Shown: positions 18,468 to 27,536, counted from the stretch's first letter. The stretch: 64,000 nt of DNA from an uncultured Dehalococcoides sp. (GCA_964628985.1 CAZVNJ010000009.1:66-64065), one strand, 5' to 3'. A program made the numbers and translations. The notes: generated by a model from the sequence alone, not told the origin.

Positions 18468-18968
18468 GTGAATGGTGAGTTGATCCTGATCCGTGCGCTG
18501 CACGTGCTGCCTGGTGTGATCTGGGTAGGCGGCGCCTCGCTGATGGCCTGGGTGATCGAGCCGGCACTGCGCCGGGCGGGCCCCACGGTGCAGGGGCCGG
18601 CGATGCGAGCGTTCGGCAAGCGGCTGACGAGCACGCTGCTCACCGCCGCCGGGGTGACGATCATTATGGGTATCGTCTTGGTCGTGAGGACCCCGGGGTA
18701 CGAGTTCGCGGACCTGTTCACGACGGCCTGGGGATGGGCGATCGGCCTCGGCTTCGTCGCATCGATCATCGCAAGCGGCTTCGGCAGCATGTCGGCGCGC
18801 GCGCTCCGCCAGATGGATGCCGTCGGGGCGGCGATCAACGGAGCGCCGACCGCAGACCAGGCGGCGGCGATGGGCGCGTTGCAGGCGCAGTTGCGCCGGA
18901 ACGCCCGCGTGGCATCCGTGCTCGGCCTGACGACCGTGATCCTGATGGTCAGCGCTCGGTATGTGTAG
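18468..18968 (+). CDS. Hypothetical 4-TM membrane protein (CopD/DUF2269-like N-terminus)
   Basis: RALHVLPGVIWVGG first helix and 4 hydrophobic segments. Confidence 0.6.
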   Translation: MNGELILIRALHVLPGVIWVGGASLMAWVIEPALRRAGPTVQGPAMRAFGKRLTSTLLTAAGVTIIMGIVLVVRTPGYEFADLFTTAWGWAIGLGFVASIIASGFGSMSARALRQMDAVGAAINGAPTADQAAAMGALQAQLRRNARVASVLGLTTVILMVSARYV

Positions 18969-18971
18969 CGC

Positions 18972-19937
18972 GTGCTGACCATCCGCGCACGACGGTCGGA
19001 CGGCACGCTGGCCCTCGGACTGTCGTTCGAGGAGGGTGTCGCGCTACTCGGGGACCAGCAGGCGCTCGTCTGGTTCGACCTCGACGAGGAATCCCGGGAC
19101 GAGGTCCACGCCGTGGGCGCGGCGCTCTCGCTGAACCACCTGACCGTCGAGGACTTCACGCACCGCCGCCAGCGCGGCAAGTTCGAGCAGTTCGAGGGCT
19201 ACTCGGTCCTGGTGATGCACGCGTTTGCCTACGAGAGTGGCGTCCCTCGCCTAGACGAGCATGAGCTCGACGTGGCCGTCGGCCGGAACTGGGTGCTGAC
19301 GGGCCGGGATCCCCGGTTGGCCGCACTCGTGCCAGGAGCCTCGCTTGACGCGCACCTGCCCTCGATGCTCGGGGCGACCGCTGACTTCCTGCTATACGCC
19401 ATCGCGGACCGCGTGGTGGACTCGATGTTCCCGGTACTCGACGAGATGCTCGATGACGTGGACACGCTTGAGGGACTGATCGTGGGCGGCGATGGGCCCA
19501 CGCTCCTGGAGCGGATCTTCACCATGAAGCGGAACGGGGTTGTGCTCCGCAAACTGGTTGCTCCCCACCTTGAGATCTTTTCCAGGCTGGCGTCCCCCGC
19601 CTTTGGCGTGGCGAGGCCTGAGCACGTGATCTACTTCCGCGACGTGCAGGACCACCTGATCCGTGTCCACGACATCGTGGACTCCTATCGCGAATTGATG
19701 GCTGCGGCACTCGAGGTGCACCTGTCGACGGTGAACAATCGGCTGAACGACGTGATGAAGCGGCTCACCGTGCTGACGGCGATGTTCCTGCCTCTGACCT
19801 TCATCACGGGCGCCTTTGGGATGAACATGGTCGAGTCGCCTGTATGGTCGGACCCGGCGTTCTGGATCATCGGCGCTGGGATGGGGGGCGTTGCCCTGGG
19901 GCAGTGGCTCTTCTTCAAGGCGCGCGGCTGGGCGTAG
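18972..19937 (+). CDS. corA: CorA family Mg2+/Co2+ transporter
   Basis: FLPLTFITGAFGMN signature with two C-terminal TMs. Confidence 0.9.
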   Translation: MLTIRARRSDGTLALGLSFEEGVALLGDQQALVWFDLDEESRDEVHAVGAALSLNHLTVEDFTHRRQRGKFEQFEGYSVLVMHAFAYESGVPRLDEHELDVAVGRNWVLTGRDPRLAALVPGASLDAHLPSMLGATADFLLYAIADRVVDSMFPVLDEMLDDVDTLEGLIVGGDGPTLLERIFTMKRNGVVLRKLVAPHLEIFSRLASPAFGVARPEHVIYFRDVQDHLIRVHDIVDSYRELMAAALEVHLSTVNNRLNDVMKRLTVLTAMFLPLTFITGAFGMNMVESPVWSDPAFWIIGAGMGGVALGQWLFFKARGWA

Positions 19938-19971
19938 GCCGCGCCGCCTCGACGGATGGGGGCGAGGGCGG

Positions 19972-20673
19972 CTACTTGATGCGCTCCGCGCGGACGATCA
20001 GCCGGCTGGCGTACTTGTGGGTTTCTGGGTCGAACTTCCCGCTGCAGGTGAAGAGAGTGATCGAGTCCACCTTCACGTTGCTGCTCCAGTACTGACTCCA
20101 GTCAGTGCCCTCAGCCGGTACCTGCTCAGCCCAGACGACTGAGTACTTCAGCGTCTGCCCGTTGATCTCGATGTCGATGCGGTCCCCGGCGCCCAGTTGG
20201 TCGAGGTCCCAGAAGACAGCTGGGCCGGTGTAGCGTTGGCCGACAGACTCGATCACTCGGTTGAGGTCTGCATGGGCGCCAAAGACGGCGTTTTTCCCGC
20301 TCCCGGGGTAGCCGCCGTGGCCGGGGAAGGCGGAGAGGTCGTACCAGGCGACGTCGACGGCGCTATATGGCTCGGGCATCGCATCTCCCGCGACCGCCCA
20401 GGCGCCCACCGGCGCATTGACGCCGATCGCGGGGATCTTGAGCCGCGCGAAGTCAGTGCCCTTCGGTTCTCCATACTTCTTCGTCCACGTGGTGACGGAG
20501 TCCTGCACCCGAGCCGGGTCGTTCCCGGCCGACGGTACGCCCGCGGCGGAACCCTTCGATGTAACGGAGATGCCGTCCCCACCCAGTTGGCCGGTGGCGA
20601 CGAGGACGGCGCTCAGCAGCGCGACGCCGCCGATGACAGCGAGGATGAGCATCTGGGCCTGGCGGGTCATCAC
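19972..20673 (-). CDS. Sortase (class F-like)
   Basis: N-terminal anchor, VAWYD, NAVFGAH, ITLFTC and RLIVRA give the His/Cys/Arg triad. Confidence 0.82.
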   Translation of the reverse strand: MMTRQAQMLILAVIGGVALLSAVLVATGQLGGDGISVTSKGSAAGVPSAGNDPARVQDSVTTWTKKYGEPKGTDFARLKIPAIGVNAPVGAWAVAGDAMPEPYSAVDVAWYDLSAFPGHGGYPGSGKNAVFGAHADLNRVIESVGQRYTGPAVFWDLDQLGAGDRIDIEINGQTLKYSVVWAEQVPAEGTDWSQYWSSNVKVDSITLFTCSGKFDPETHKYASRLIVRAERIK

Positions 20674-20838
20674 GTCTCCAACAACAGGTGATGGGCATCA
20701 GCGGATGAGCGTTTCCACTCCCATATTAGGCACGCGCACTCGCGATGGCGACAGTGCCCGCCTGGGCTGGAGTGTTCTGTGTGACGCCTCCCGACACCGT
20801 CAGGTTCCCGGCCCACCCTGGACCCGGCGTGCGAGGCC

Positions 20839-20865
20839 TACCGAGTCGCGAGGGCAGGCCGATGA
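20839..20865 (+). promoter_or_regulatory. Putative sigma28-type promoter
   Basis: TACC-N15-GCCGATGA. The -10 is identical to that of fliC1, and both promoters share GAGGCCTA across the -35. Confidence 0.6.
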
Positions 20866-20872
20866 TCACGGC

Positions 20873-21031
20873 ATGACGGATGTGCTCGTGGCCCTCGGCG
20901 CGTCGCTGATCCTCGCCTTCGTGTTGTCGGGGCCGAGAGGACGTGCGCACAGAGCCGAGGCCGCGGCCGCGCAGACGAAGGCGCCCAAAGCGGCCAGGGC
21001 CAAGGCCGCCAAGACCAGTCGCTCGGAGTAG
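20873..21031 (+). CDS. 52-aa single-TM protein with Lys/Ala-rich basic tail
   Basis: MTDVLVALGASLILAFVLSGPRGRAHRAEAAAAQTKAPKAARAKAAKTSRSE; ATG lies 7 nt after the -10 element (leaderless-type spacing). Confidence 0.6.
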   Translation: MTDVLVALGASLILAFVLSGPRGRAHRAEAAAAQTKAPKAARAKAAKTSRSE

Positions 21032-21033
21032 GG

Positions 21034-21912
21034 CTAACCCCGCGGCATCCGCATTCCGATCCAGGTGAGGGTGTCCATCAGCCGATCCGGGAGCAGGCGC
21101 ACCGCGAGCGCGCGCATGCGCGCGTCCCGGCCCACGAAGTAGCGCGTCTTCGGCCGCCGGGCACGCACGGCATGGGCGACCGCCTCGGCCACACGTTCAG
21201 GCGCGATGCCGCCTCGTCCCGCGCGCTCACCGGAGCGCCGAGCCGCCTCGACGTACGGGGCGTAGCGCGCCCGGGCGTCCGGGGGCATCTCCGCAGCGAC
21301 CTCGCCAGCGAGTGCGAGGCCCTTCTCCCAGATCGGCGTGTCGATCGCGCCGGGCTCGACCAGGCTCACGCTGATGTCCCACGGCTTCATCTCCAGCCGG
21401 AGCGAGTCCCCGAGCGCCTCGAGGGCGTGTTTCGAGGCGGCGTAGGGGCCGTAGAACGGCGGGGCATGCTTACCGGCGATCGAGGACATGATCACGATTC
21501 GCCCATGGCCGCGACGCACGAGCGGCATGAATGCCTGAGTGACTGCCACTGTGCCGAAGAGGTTCACCTCGAACTGCTGGAGCAGACGCTCGCGGCCGAG
21601 GTACTCCCATGCGCCGCCGACGGCGATCCCCGCGTTGTTCACCACGGCACCCAGGCCACCCGCCCCGGTGGCGGTGCCCACCTGCTGCACGGCAGCCACA
21701 ATCGAGGCGGCGTCGGTGACATCGAGCAGCACCGGGACGATCAGGGCGCCCCCGCGGCGCCGCAGCGTCTCGCCGTCCTCGACGCGTCGCACCCCGGCGA
21801 AAACCCGATGTCCAAGCGCGGCGAGGTGCAGCGCGGTGGCGGCACCGATGCCGGTAGAGGCGCCCGTGATCAGGACTGCGCCGGTATTTGCCGGACGGGT
21901 CGCGCGGGCCAA
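21034..21912 (-). CDS. Short-chain dehydrogenase/reductase
   Basis: ITGASTGIG, VNNAG, SS...YAASK motifs. TTG start inferred. Confidence 0.9.
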   Translation of the reverse strand: MARATRPANTGAVLITGASTGIGAATALHLAALGHRVFAGVRRVEDGETLRRRGGALIVPVLLDVTDAASIVAAVQQVGTATGAGGLGAVVNNAGIAVGGAWEYLGRERLLQQFEVNLFGTVAVTQAFMPLVRRGHGRIVIMSSIAGKHAPPFYGPYAASKHALEALGDSLRLEMKPWDISVSLVEPGAIDTPIWEKGLALAGEVAAEMPPDARARYAPYVEAARRSGERAGRGGIAPERVAEAVAHAVRARRPKTRYFVGRDARMRALAVRLLPDRLMDTLTWIGMRMPRG

Positions 21913-21914
21913 GG

Positions 21915-22304
21915 CTAGTCCCGGACGACGGTGCGCGAGGTAAAGCGCCAGGCGCCCTCGACGCGTCGGAGCGTGTCCTGGTACCGCGCGGTGGTGACCA
22001 GCGTCGCCGGCTCGCCGCCCCCCGTCTTCAACAACTGCAGGTAACACGATATCGACGCCTCGTCGCCCTCGCCGTCAATGAGGACGTTGTTCACCCAGTG
22101 GCGGGACCCGGGCATGCGCGCGGCAAAGTCGGCTGCGAACGCCTCCAGTTCTGCCGTTCCGGTGCGTGTACGTCCGCCAGAAGTGAAAGAGCCATCAGGC
22201 GTATAGGTGGCTGCCCACGCCGCAGCGTCCGCGGAGTCGATCGCGTGGTTGTAGCGGGCGAGCAGGTCCTGGATCTCGATGCGGTCGGCGATGGAGAGCG
22301 GCAC
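21915..22304 (-). CDS. SnoaL/NTF2-like family protein
   Basis: DRIEIQDLLARYNHAID...W...YTPDG, YQDTLRRVEGAWRF. Confidence 0.85.
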   Translation of the reverse strand: MPLSIADRIEIQDLLARYNHAIDSADAAAWAATYTPDGSFTSGGRTRTGTAELEAFAADFAARMPGSRHWVNNVLIDGEGDEASISCYLQLLKTGGGEPATLVTTARYQDTLRRVEGAWRFTSRTVVRD

Positions 22305-22366
22305 GTGTGACCTCCTCGTGGTGGGGAGGCCAATCGTAGCGCCCGCGCGGGCGGGCCCCGGCCAGA

Positions 22367-23353
22367 CTAGACGCCGACGAGGTGCAAGTGGCCGCGTCGC
22401 GGCGCTGTGCGTTGCCCTCCCCCGACCACGGCGTTGAGGACGGGTGGGGCGGTGACGCCCTCAAGGGCTGCCTCGAACGACCGCAGGAGGTCCGCTTCCG
22501 CGAAGAGATCCGCCGGCTCGATGCCGCCTCCGGCGATGGTGTCCAGCGCCTCGGAGACCGCGAGCGCCGTCGAGTCCGCCGGGACGAGCGGCACCGTCAC
22601 GATGCTGCCGCCTGTGCGCGTCGCCAGGGTGCCCCCGTAGGCGTCCCCGGTACCGGTAATCGTCGTGGTGAAGGAGGAAAGGACCACCTCGATGGCCAGG
22701 TGTTGAGACTGGCGCGCCGTGAGCAAGGCGGTTGTGCCGTCGTTGAATTCGACCTCCGTGACGATGGCCTGTGCTCGGCCGCGCGGCGGGCCATAGGCGT
22801 GCGCGACAACGCTCCGTGCGTGGGTGCCAGCGAGATGCGCCGCCAGCGTGGTCAGATCCCCGGCTGTGAGGCGCAGGTCCTCGGGTGTGTCGACCGTGAT
22901 CGAGGCGGTCCGCAGACGGGCAAGACTCCGGGCGGCCTGCATGGCCGCGGTGATCGGTGCCTGGTGCCAGAGCGGTCGAAGGACGGCGGCGGAGCCTCCG
23001 GTGCGCGCAAGCATCGCCAGCGTGTCAGGTTCCAGGGCGTCGCCTGTCAGCAAGACAGCGCTGCCGCGGCTGGCGGCGGCTGCGGCCTCCGTGGCGGCGT
23101 CGAAGAGGTCGAGCAGGACGGTCGAGCCCGGCCCTCGGCGGAGCATCTCGCGCGGGTGCTGGTAGCGCGCCGTGCAGGTGAGGCGGCCTCTGAGGGCGAT
23201 TGACGCGGCGGCGAGGGAAGCAGCCGACGGGTCACCGATGGCGACCGGGACGAACCGCTGCGCCTCGAGCGCGCGCAGGAGGGCAGGAGTGCGCTCGGTC
23301 CATCCGCAGATGGCGAGCGTGTCCAGCGTGGATGCGCCGAATGGAGCCTGCAT
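22367..23353 (-). CDS. Hypothetical protein with degenerate Gfo/Idh/MocA-like architecture, divergent from fliC1
   Basis: Rossmann-like N-terminus (LAICG...VAIGD) and beta-rich C-terminus, but no EKP motif. Start ATG 23353. Confidence 0.5.
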   Translation of the reverse strand: MQAPFGASTLDTLAICGWTERTPALLRALEAQRFVPVAIGDPSAASLAAASIALRGRLTCTARYQHPREMLRRGPGSTVLLDLFDAATEAAAAASRGSAVLLTGDALEPDTLAMLARTGGSAAVLRPLWHQAPITAAMQAARSLARLRTASITVDTPEDLRLTAGDLTTLAAHLAGTHARSVVAHAYGPPRGRAQAIVTEVEFNDGTTALLTARQSQHLAIEVVLSSFTTTITGTGDAYGGTLATRTGGSIVTVPLVPADSTALAVSEALDTIAGGGIEPADLFAEADLLRSFEAALEGVTAPPVLNAVVGGGQRTAPRRGHLHLVGV

Positions 23354-23514
23354 GGGGGGACGGTAGGAGCGAGCAACCGTGGCGCTGCATGGGGGAGACC
23401 CTGAGAGGTGAGGGTTGCGGAACCTGATCTCCCGCGCCGGTGCTCCTGTCGCCGGATCGCAGCGTGCGCACCGGTTCGAGGGTCGAGGTCCGGCAACACG
23501 TTTTCCCGGAGGCC

Positions 23515-23541
23515 TAAAGGCGGGTGGGTGGCTGCCGATGA
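23515..23541 (+). promoter_or_regulatory. Sigma28 (FliA/SigD) promoter of fliC1
   Basis: TAAA-N15-GCCGATGA matches the TAAA-N15-GCCGATAA consensus with one mismatch. Confidence 0.85.
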
Positions 23542-23590
23542 TGGCGGGTGAGGAGTGGTGGTGTCCGGAACCGCCGCGAGTCGAACCCAT

Positions 23591-23629
23591 CCGGCAGGGA
23601 CGCCGGGGACAACTCTGAGGCTTAGGAGG
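23591..23629 (+). promoter_or_regulatory. Putative CsrA-binding hairpin plus SD in fliC1 leader
   Basis: ccggc-AGGGAC-gccgg stem-loop, then ttAGGAGG SD. Confidence 0.55.
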
Positions 23630-23636
23630 CCGAACG

Positions 23637-24833
23637 ATGGCAATGATCATCAACACGAACATCGCTGCCCTGAACGCGCAGCGGAACCTGGGCACCACCA
23701 GCGCCCAGATGGGGAAGACCCTCGAGAAGCTGTCCAGCGGTCTGCGCATCAACCGCGCCGCGGACGACGCTGCCGGGCTGGTCATCTCCGAGAAGATGCG
23801 TGCCCAGATTCGAGGCATGCAGCAGGGTCTGCGGAACGCCCAGAACGGCGTCTCGATGCTGCAGACCGGTGAAGGCGCGCTGAACGAGGTGCACAGCATC
23901 CTCGGCCGCGTGCGCGAACTCGCTGTCCAGGCCAGCAACACCACCCTCTCCGCTTCGGACCGCGAGGCCATCGGTGAGGAAATGCTGGCCCTGCGCTCTG
24001 AGATCGACAACATCGCCACCCGTACCCGCTTCAACGGCCAGAGCCTCCTGAACGGATCGCTCGCGGTGACGCTGGACGCGGCGAACTCGACCGCGGACAC
24101 GGTGACGTACGCCAACGGTGGCGCGACGACCTCGGTCTCCTCGATCAACGTGGCGGACGCCACGGCTGGCGAGACCTACACGTTCTCGGCAGCCGGTGCG
24201 GTCCTGACCCTCACGCACGACGACGGCAACGGCTTCGTGCGGACGGAGACGGCCACGGTCCAGGCGATGGGCGCCAGCGGTTCGCAGGCGGTCATCTTCG
24301 AGGAACTCGGCGTCACCCTGAACCTGTCGCACGACGCGAACGCCGCCAACCACACGGGTGCGAACATCGCCAACGCCTTCGCCGCCACCACCGTGGTGAC
24401 CACGGGCAGCGGCAACGCCTCCTTCCGCGTGGGTGCGGATGTCGGTGACGACATCTCGCTGGCGTTCTCGGACATGCGCTCCAGCGCGCTGGGCAACGGT
24501 TCCAAGCTGAACACCCTGATCGCCGCGAACGACGCCGTGTCGACGGTGGCGAAGGCGGACACCCTGCTCGCGTCGGTGGACGCGGCGATCGACCAGGTGT
24601 CGACCTTCCGAGCGAAGATTGGTGCCCGGCAGAACCAGCTCGATGTGGCGACGAACTCCCTCGGCGTCTCGATCGAGAACCTGTCGGCGTCGGAGTCGCG
24701 CATCCGCGACGCGGACATCGCTGAACTGTCCAGCCAGATGATCACCAAGCAGATCATCCAGCAGGCCGGTGTGGCGGTCCTCGCGCAGGCCAACGCGGCC
24801 CCGCAGGCGGTGCTCTCGCTCCTCCGCGGGTAG
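23637..24833 (+). CDS. fliC: Flagellin (copy 1)
   Basis: INTNIAALNAQRNL, LSSGLRINRAADDAAGL, ENLSASESRIRDAD, VLAQAN. Confidence 0.97.
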   Translation: MAMIINTNIAALNAQRNLGTTSAQMGKTLEKLSSGLRINRAADDAAGLVISEKMRAQIRGMQQGLRNAQNGVSMLQTGEGALNEVHSILGRVRELAVQASNTTLSASDREAIGEEMLALRSEIDNIATRTRFNGQSLLNGSLAVTLDAANSTADTVTYANGGATTSVSSINVADATAGETYTFSAAGAVLTLTHDDGNGFVRTETATVQAMGASGSQAVIFEELGVTLNLSHDANAANHTGANIANAFAATTVVTTGSGNASFRVGADVGDDISLAFSDMRSSALGNGSKLNTLIAANDAVSTVAKADTLLASVDAAIDQVSTFRAKIGARQNQLDVATNSLGVSIENLSASESRIRDADIAELSSQMITKQIIQQAGVAVLAQANAAPQAVLSLLRG

Positions 24834-24856
24834 CCCGTCCTCGGACGCAGCATCGG

Positions 24857-24890
24857 GAGGCCCCTGCCGTGAGGTGGGGGCCTCTTCGTT
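24857..24890 (+). terminator. Intrinsic terminator after fliC1
   Basis: gaggcccctgcc-GTGA-ggtgggggcctc followed by ttcgtt. Confidence 0.7.
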
Positions 24891-24913
24891 GCACTCTGTT
24901 CGCGAGGAGGGGG

Positions 24914-24952
24914 CGGGATTCTCCCGATGGGCGGCCCGCGCTGGCGCCGACA
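24914..24952 (+). promoter_or_regulatory. Conserved upstream motif plus sigma28-like -10 (methyltransferase promoter)
   Basis: GGGATTCTCCCGA-N18-GCCGACAG. Confidence 0.6.
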
Positions 24953-24994
24953 GACTGGCCGGGCAGGGCCCACACGGCCGGGTAGGAGCCATCG

Positions 24995-26296
24995 ATGGTC
25001 GCCGTCGAGCCGACGCGCACGCAGGCCGTGCGCGAGTCCGTCCACCAGCAGTACGAGTCGCTGCCATATCCGGCCCGCGACCCGGAAATGGAACTCGATC
25101 GGCTGCTCCAGCCAACGATGTGCGAACTACCGCGGGTGAACGCGATGCTCTGGGGCGGCCGGCGTGTCTACGACTCGACCTTCCGCATCCTGGACGCCGG
25201 CTGCGGCACGGGCGATGCCACGGTCTTCATGGCAGAGCAACTCCGAGATACCGGTGCCCGGCTGGTGGCGCTCGACCTGTCCTCGGCCTCGCTGAGCATC
25301 ACGCGGCGACGCCTGGAGAAGCGCGGGCTCGAGGGCGTCGTGGACCTCGTGCAGGCGCCGATCGAAGAGGCGCCGGGGCTGGGTCTCGGGCAGTTTGACT
25401 TCATCTCGACGTCCGGCGTGCTGCACCATCTGCCTTCGCCGGAGATCGGGCTGCGGGCGTTGCGTGAGCTGCTGAAGCCGGACGGTGCGATCGCGGTCAT
25501 GGTGTACGCGAAGTACGGTCGTGAGCCGGTGTACCTCATGCAGTCGCTGCTGCGGATGGTGGCGCCCGCCGAGTTTGGCGAGGAGCGCCGCCTCCGCATC
25601 CTGAAGCGGTCGCTCCAGGCATTGCCGTCTGAGCACCGGGGCGTCCGTGGGTTGTTGGACACCCCACTCTTCAACGCCGAGATCGCCCGGTCGGACGCCG
25701 GGGCCTACGACCTGCTGCTGCACTCGCAGGATCGGCCATACACGGTGCCCGAGATCTATGACTGGTTGAGCGGCGCAGGCATGCGGTTGCTCGATTGGGG
25801 CGTGCCGAAGGCGTACCGCCCGTTGACGTACTGGCCGGGCGCGGATCTCTCGCATCTCCCGGCAGAGGATCACGCGGTTGCGGCGGAACTGATGCACGGC
25901 CGGATGACGAAGCACCACTTCTTCGCCGTGCCAGCCGAGGCCTCGCCCCCCACCCAGCCAGCTGCCGACGATCCTTCCACGGTACCGACGTGGACGGCCT
26001 GGCAGTTCGACGTCCCCCTGGGACAGGCGCTCGCGCGGCCGGGGACACAGTTGAAGTTCGGAATGGGCGAGGACCGTCAGATCGTCGTGAATGGGGATCC
26101 GCTCAATCGCCGTCTCCTGGGCGCGATCGACGGGCACCGCGACGTGGGCACGATCCTGGAGGAGGCCTGGCGGGCCTTCCCCGCCCAGACGCCAGAGCAG
26201 ATCCGGCGTCGCTGGGTGGAGTTGTGCGAGGGGATGCGGGAGATCGCGGCCCTCGTGCTGTTCCGTCCCGCCGCCTCGTCCGGCCGGCCAGGCTAG
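24995..26296 (+). CDS. Class I SAM-dependent methyltransferase with C-terminal extension
   Basis: ILDAGCGTG motif I, SGVLHHLPSP, QYESLPYPARDP N-terminus, DLLLHSQD. Confidence 0.85.
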   Translation: MVAVEPTRTQAVRESVHQQYESLPYPARDPEMELDRLLQPTMCELPRVNAMLWGGRRVYDSTFRILDAGCGTGDATVFMAEQLRDTGARLVALDLSSASLSITRRRLEKRGLEGVVDLVQAPIEEAPGLGLGQFDFISTSGVLHHLPSPEIGLRALRELLKPDGAIAVMVYAKYGREPVYLMQSLLRMVAPAEFGEERRLRILKRSLQALPSEHRGVRGLLDTPLFNAEIARSDAGAYDLLLHSQDRPYTVPEIYDWLSGAGMRLLDWGVPKAYRPLTYWPGADLSHLPAEDHAVAAELMHGRMTKHHFFAVPAEASPPTQPAADDPSTVPTWTAWQFDVPLGQALARPGTQLKFGMGEDRQIVVNGDPLNRRLLGAIDGHRDVGTILEEAWRAFPAQTPEQIRRRWVELCEGMREIAALVLFRPAASSGRPG

Positions 26297-26339
26297 AGGC
26301 CGACCTTCAGGAACCGTCGCCGCCGTCGAGTATGGCGGT

Positions 26340-26576
26340 ATGACGCTCTCGATGCCCTGCGACGCCTGTAGCACGCCGCTGCGCCGTGACGTGGTGACGG
26401 TCAAGTTCACCACGAGCAGCGTGTCGTTCGGGACGGGCGGGCACACGCGACTCACACCCAACAGCCGTCAGGAGTATGTGGTCTGCCAGCGCTGCGCCTC
26501 CTATCTACAAGCGTGCATCGCGATGCTCGAGGGGCGCGTGAGCGCAGAGCCGCACAGTGTGAGGGAGATGGTCTGA
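26340..26576 (+). CDS. 78-aa putative zinc-ribbon protein A
   Basis: CDAC-x38-CQRC followed by an amphipathic helix. Confidence 0.65.
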   Translation: MTLSMPCDACSTPLRRDVVTVKFTTSSVSFGTGGHTRLTPNSRQEYVVCQRCASYLQACIAMLEGRVSAEPHSVREMV

Positions 26577-26821
26577 TGAGCCCATCCTTCTCCGCGTGCG
26601 ACCTCTGCCTGAGCAGCCTGGAGGGCCAGGTGACGGAGGTCCAGATCGCCCCGGCCCGGATGGTGCAACTGACCGAGGAGGGCAGCATTGCCCATCACTC
26701 GACGGGCCTGCGCAGTCTGAGGCTCTGCCTCCCGTGCGGCGACTACCTGGTGGCGGGGTTCGAGCGGCTGCTGAACGCGTACGGCCGTGGGCTCCCGGAG
26801 CCGGAGCGCCTCGCGGGTTAG
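26576..26821 (+). CDS. 81-aa putative zinc-ribbon protein B (probable paralog of A)
   Basis: CDLC-x39-CLPC followed by a helix; TGATG stop/start overlap with protein A. Confidence 0.65.
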   Translation: MSPSFSACDLCLSSLEGQVTEVQIAPARMVQLTEEGSIAHHSTGLRSLRLCLPCGDYLVAGFERLLNAYGRGLPEPERLAG

Positions 26822-26858
26822 GCGGGTTAGGGAGCCGCGGGCGCTCGCCGTCTGGTGA

Positions 26859-27536
26859 CTACTTGAAGCGCTCAAGCCAGCGGTTGGCGCGCTCGATCGA
26901 CTTCGGTTCGTCCTTGTAGATCGAGTGCCCGATCCCGGGGTAGATCTCCAGTTCCGCGTTCGGGATGCAGCGGTACATGATGACGGAGCCGCCCGCGGGA
27001 GTCTGCGTGTCCGCGTCGCCGACGAGGATGAGCGCAGGCACGGTGACCTTCTTCAGCCCCTCGTCCATGCGGTAGCGGGCCACCGCGCGGTTCGTCTCGG
27101 CCATCGGCAGGTTGCCGGCTGCCTCAAACTCTTCGGCGCGCTTGAGCCACCCAGCCGCCAGCGGACCGCCGACGCGGCTGGACGTGGCGAAGAGGATGAT
27201 GCCCTCGACGCGGTGGGGGAAGTCGATCGCGAAGCGCTGGGTGATTGCCCCGCCCATCGAGTGGCCGGCGACGATCGCCTTCTCGATGCCCAGTGCCTCC
27301 ATCAGCGCGTCCAGGTCCCGGGCCCAGGTTTCGAGGCTGACCGGCCCCGGTTCGCTGCCGCTCTCCCCCATGCCTCGCACGTCGTATGTGAGGTGGCGGA
27401 ACCCGGGGAACTGGGGCGTGGTCGTCTCCCAGGTCTCGAGGCGGGAGCCGATTCCGTGGACGAAGACGATCGTGCGGCTGCCCTCGCCGCTCAGCCGGTA
27501 GTGCTGCTTGATCCCATTGGCGGTGACGAACGGCAT
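26859..27536 (-). CDS. Alpha/beta hydrolase
   Basis: FVHG, YDVRGMG, GHSMGG nucleophile elbow, GHSI. Confidence 0.9.
   Translation of the reverse strand: MPFVTANGIKQHYRLSGEGSRTIVFVHGIGSRLETWETTTPQFPGFRHLTYDVRGMGESGSEPGPVSLETWARDLDALMEALGIEKAIVAGHSMGGAITQRFAIDFPHRVEGIILFATSSRVGGPLAAGWLKRAEEFEAAGNLPMAETNRAVARYRMDEGLKKVTVPALILVGDADTQTPAGGSVIMYRCIPNAELEIYPGIGHSIYKDEPKSIERANRWLERFK

Noticed and set aside
22367-24163. 598-aa ORF overlapping fliC1
   Set aside because: The N-terminal 270 aa are antisense to flagellin and its promoter; only the part from ATG 23353 looks like a real gene.
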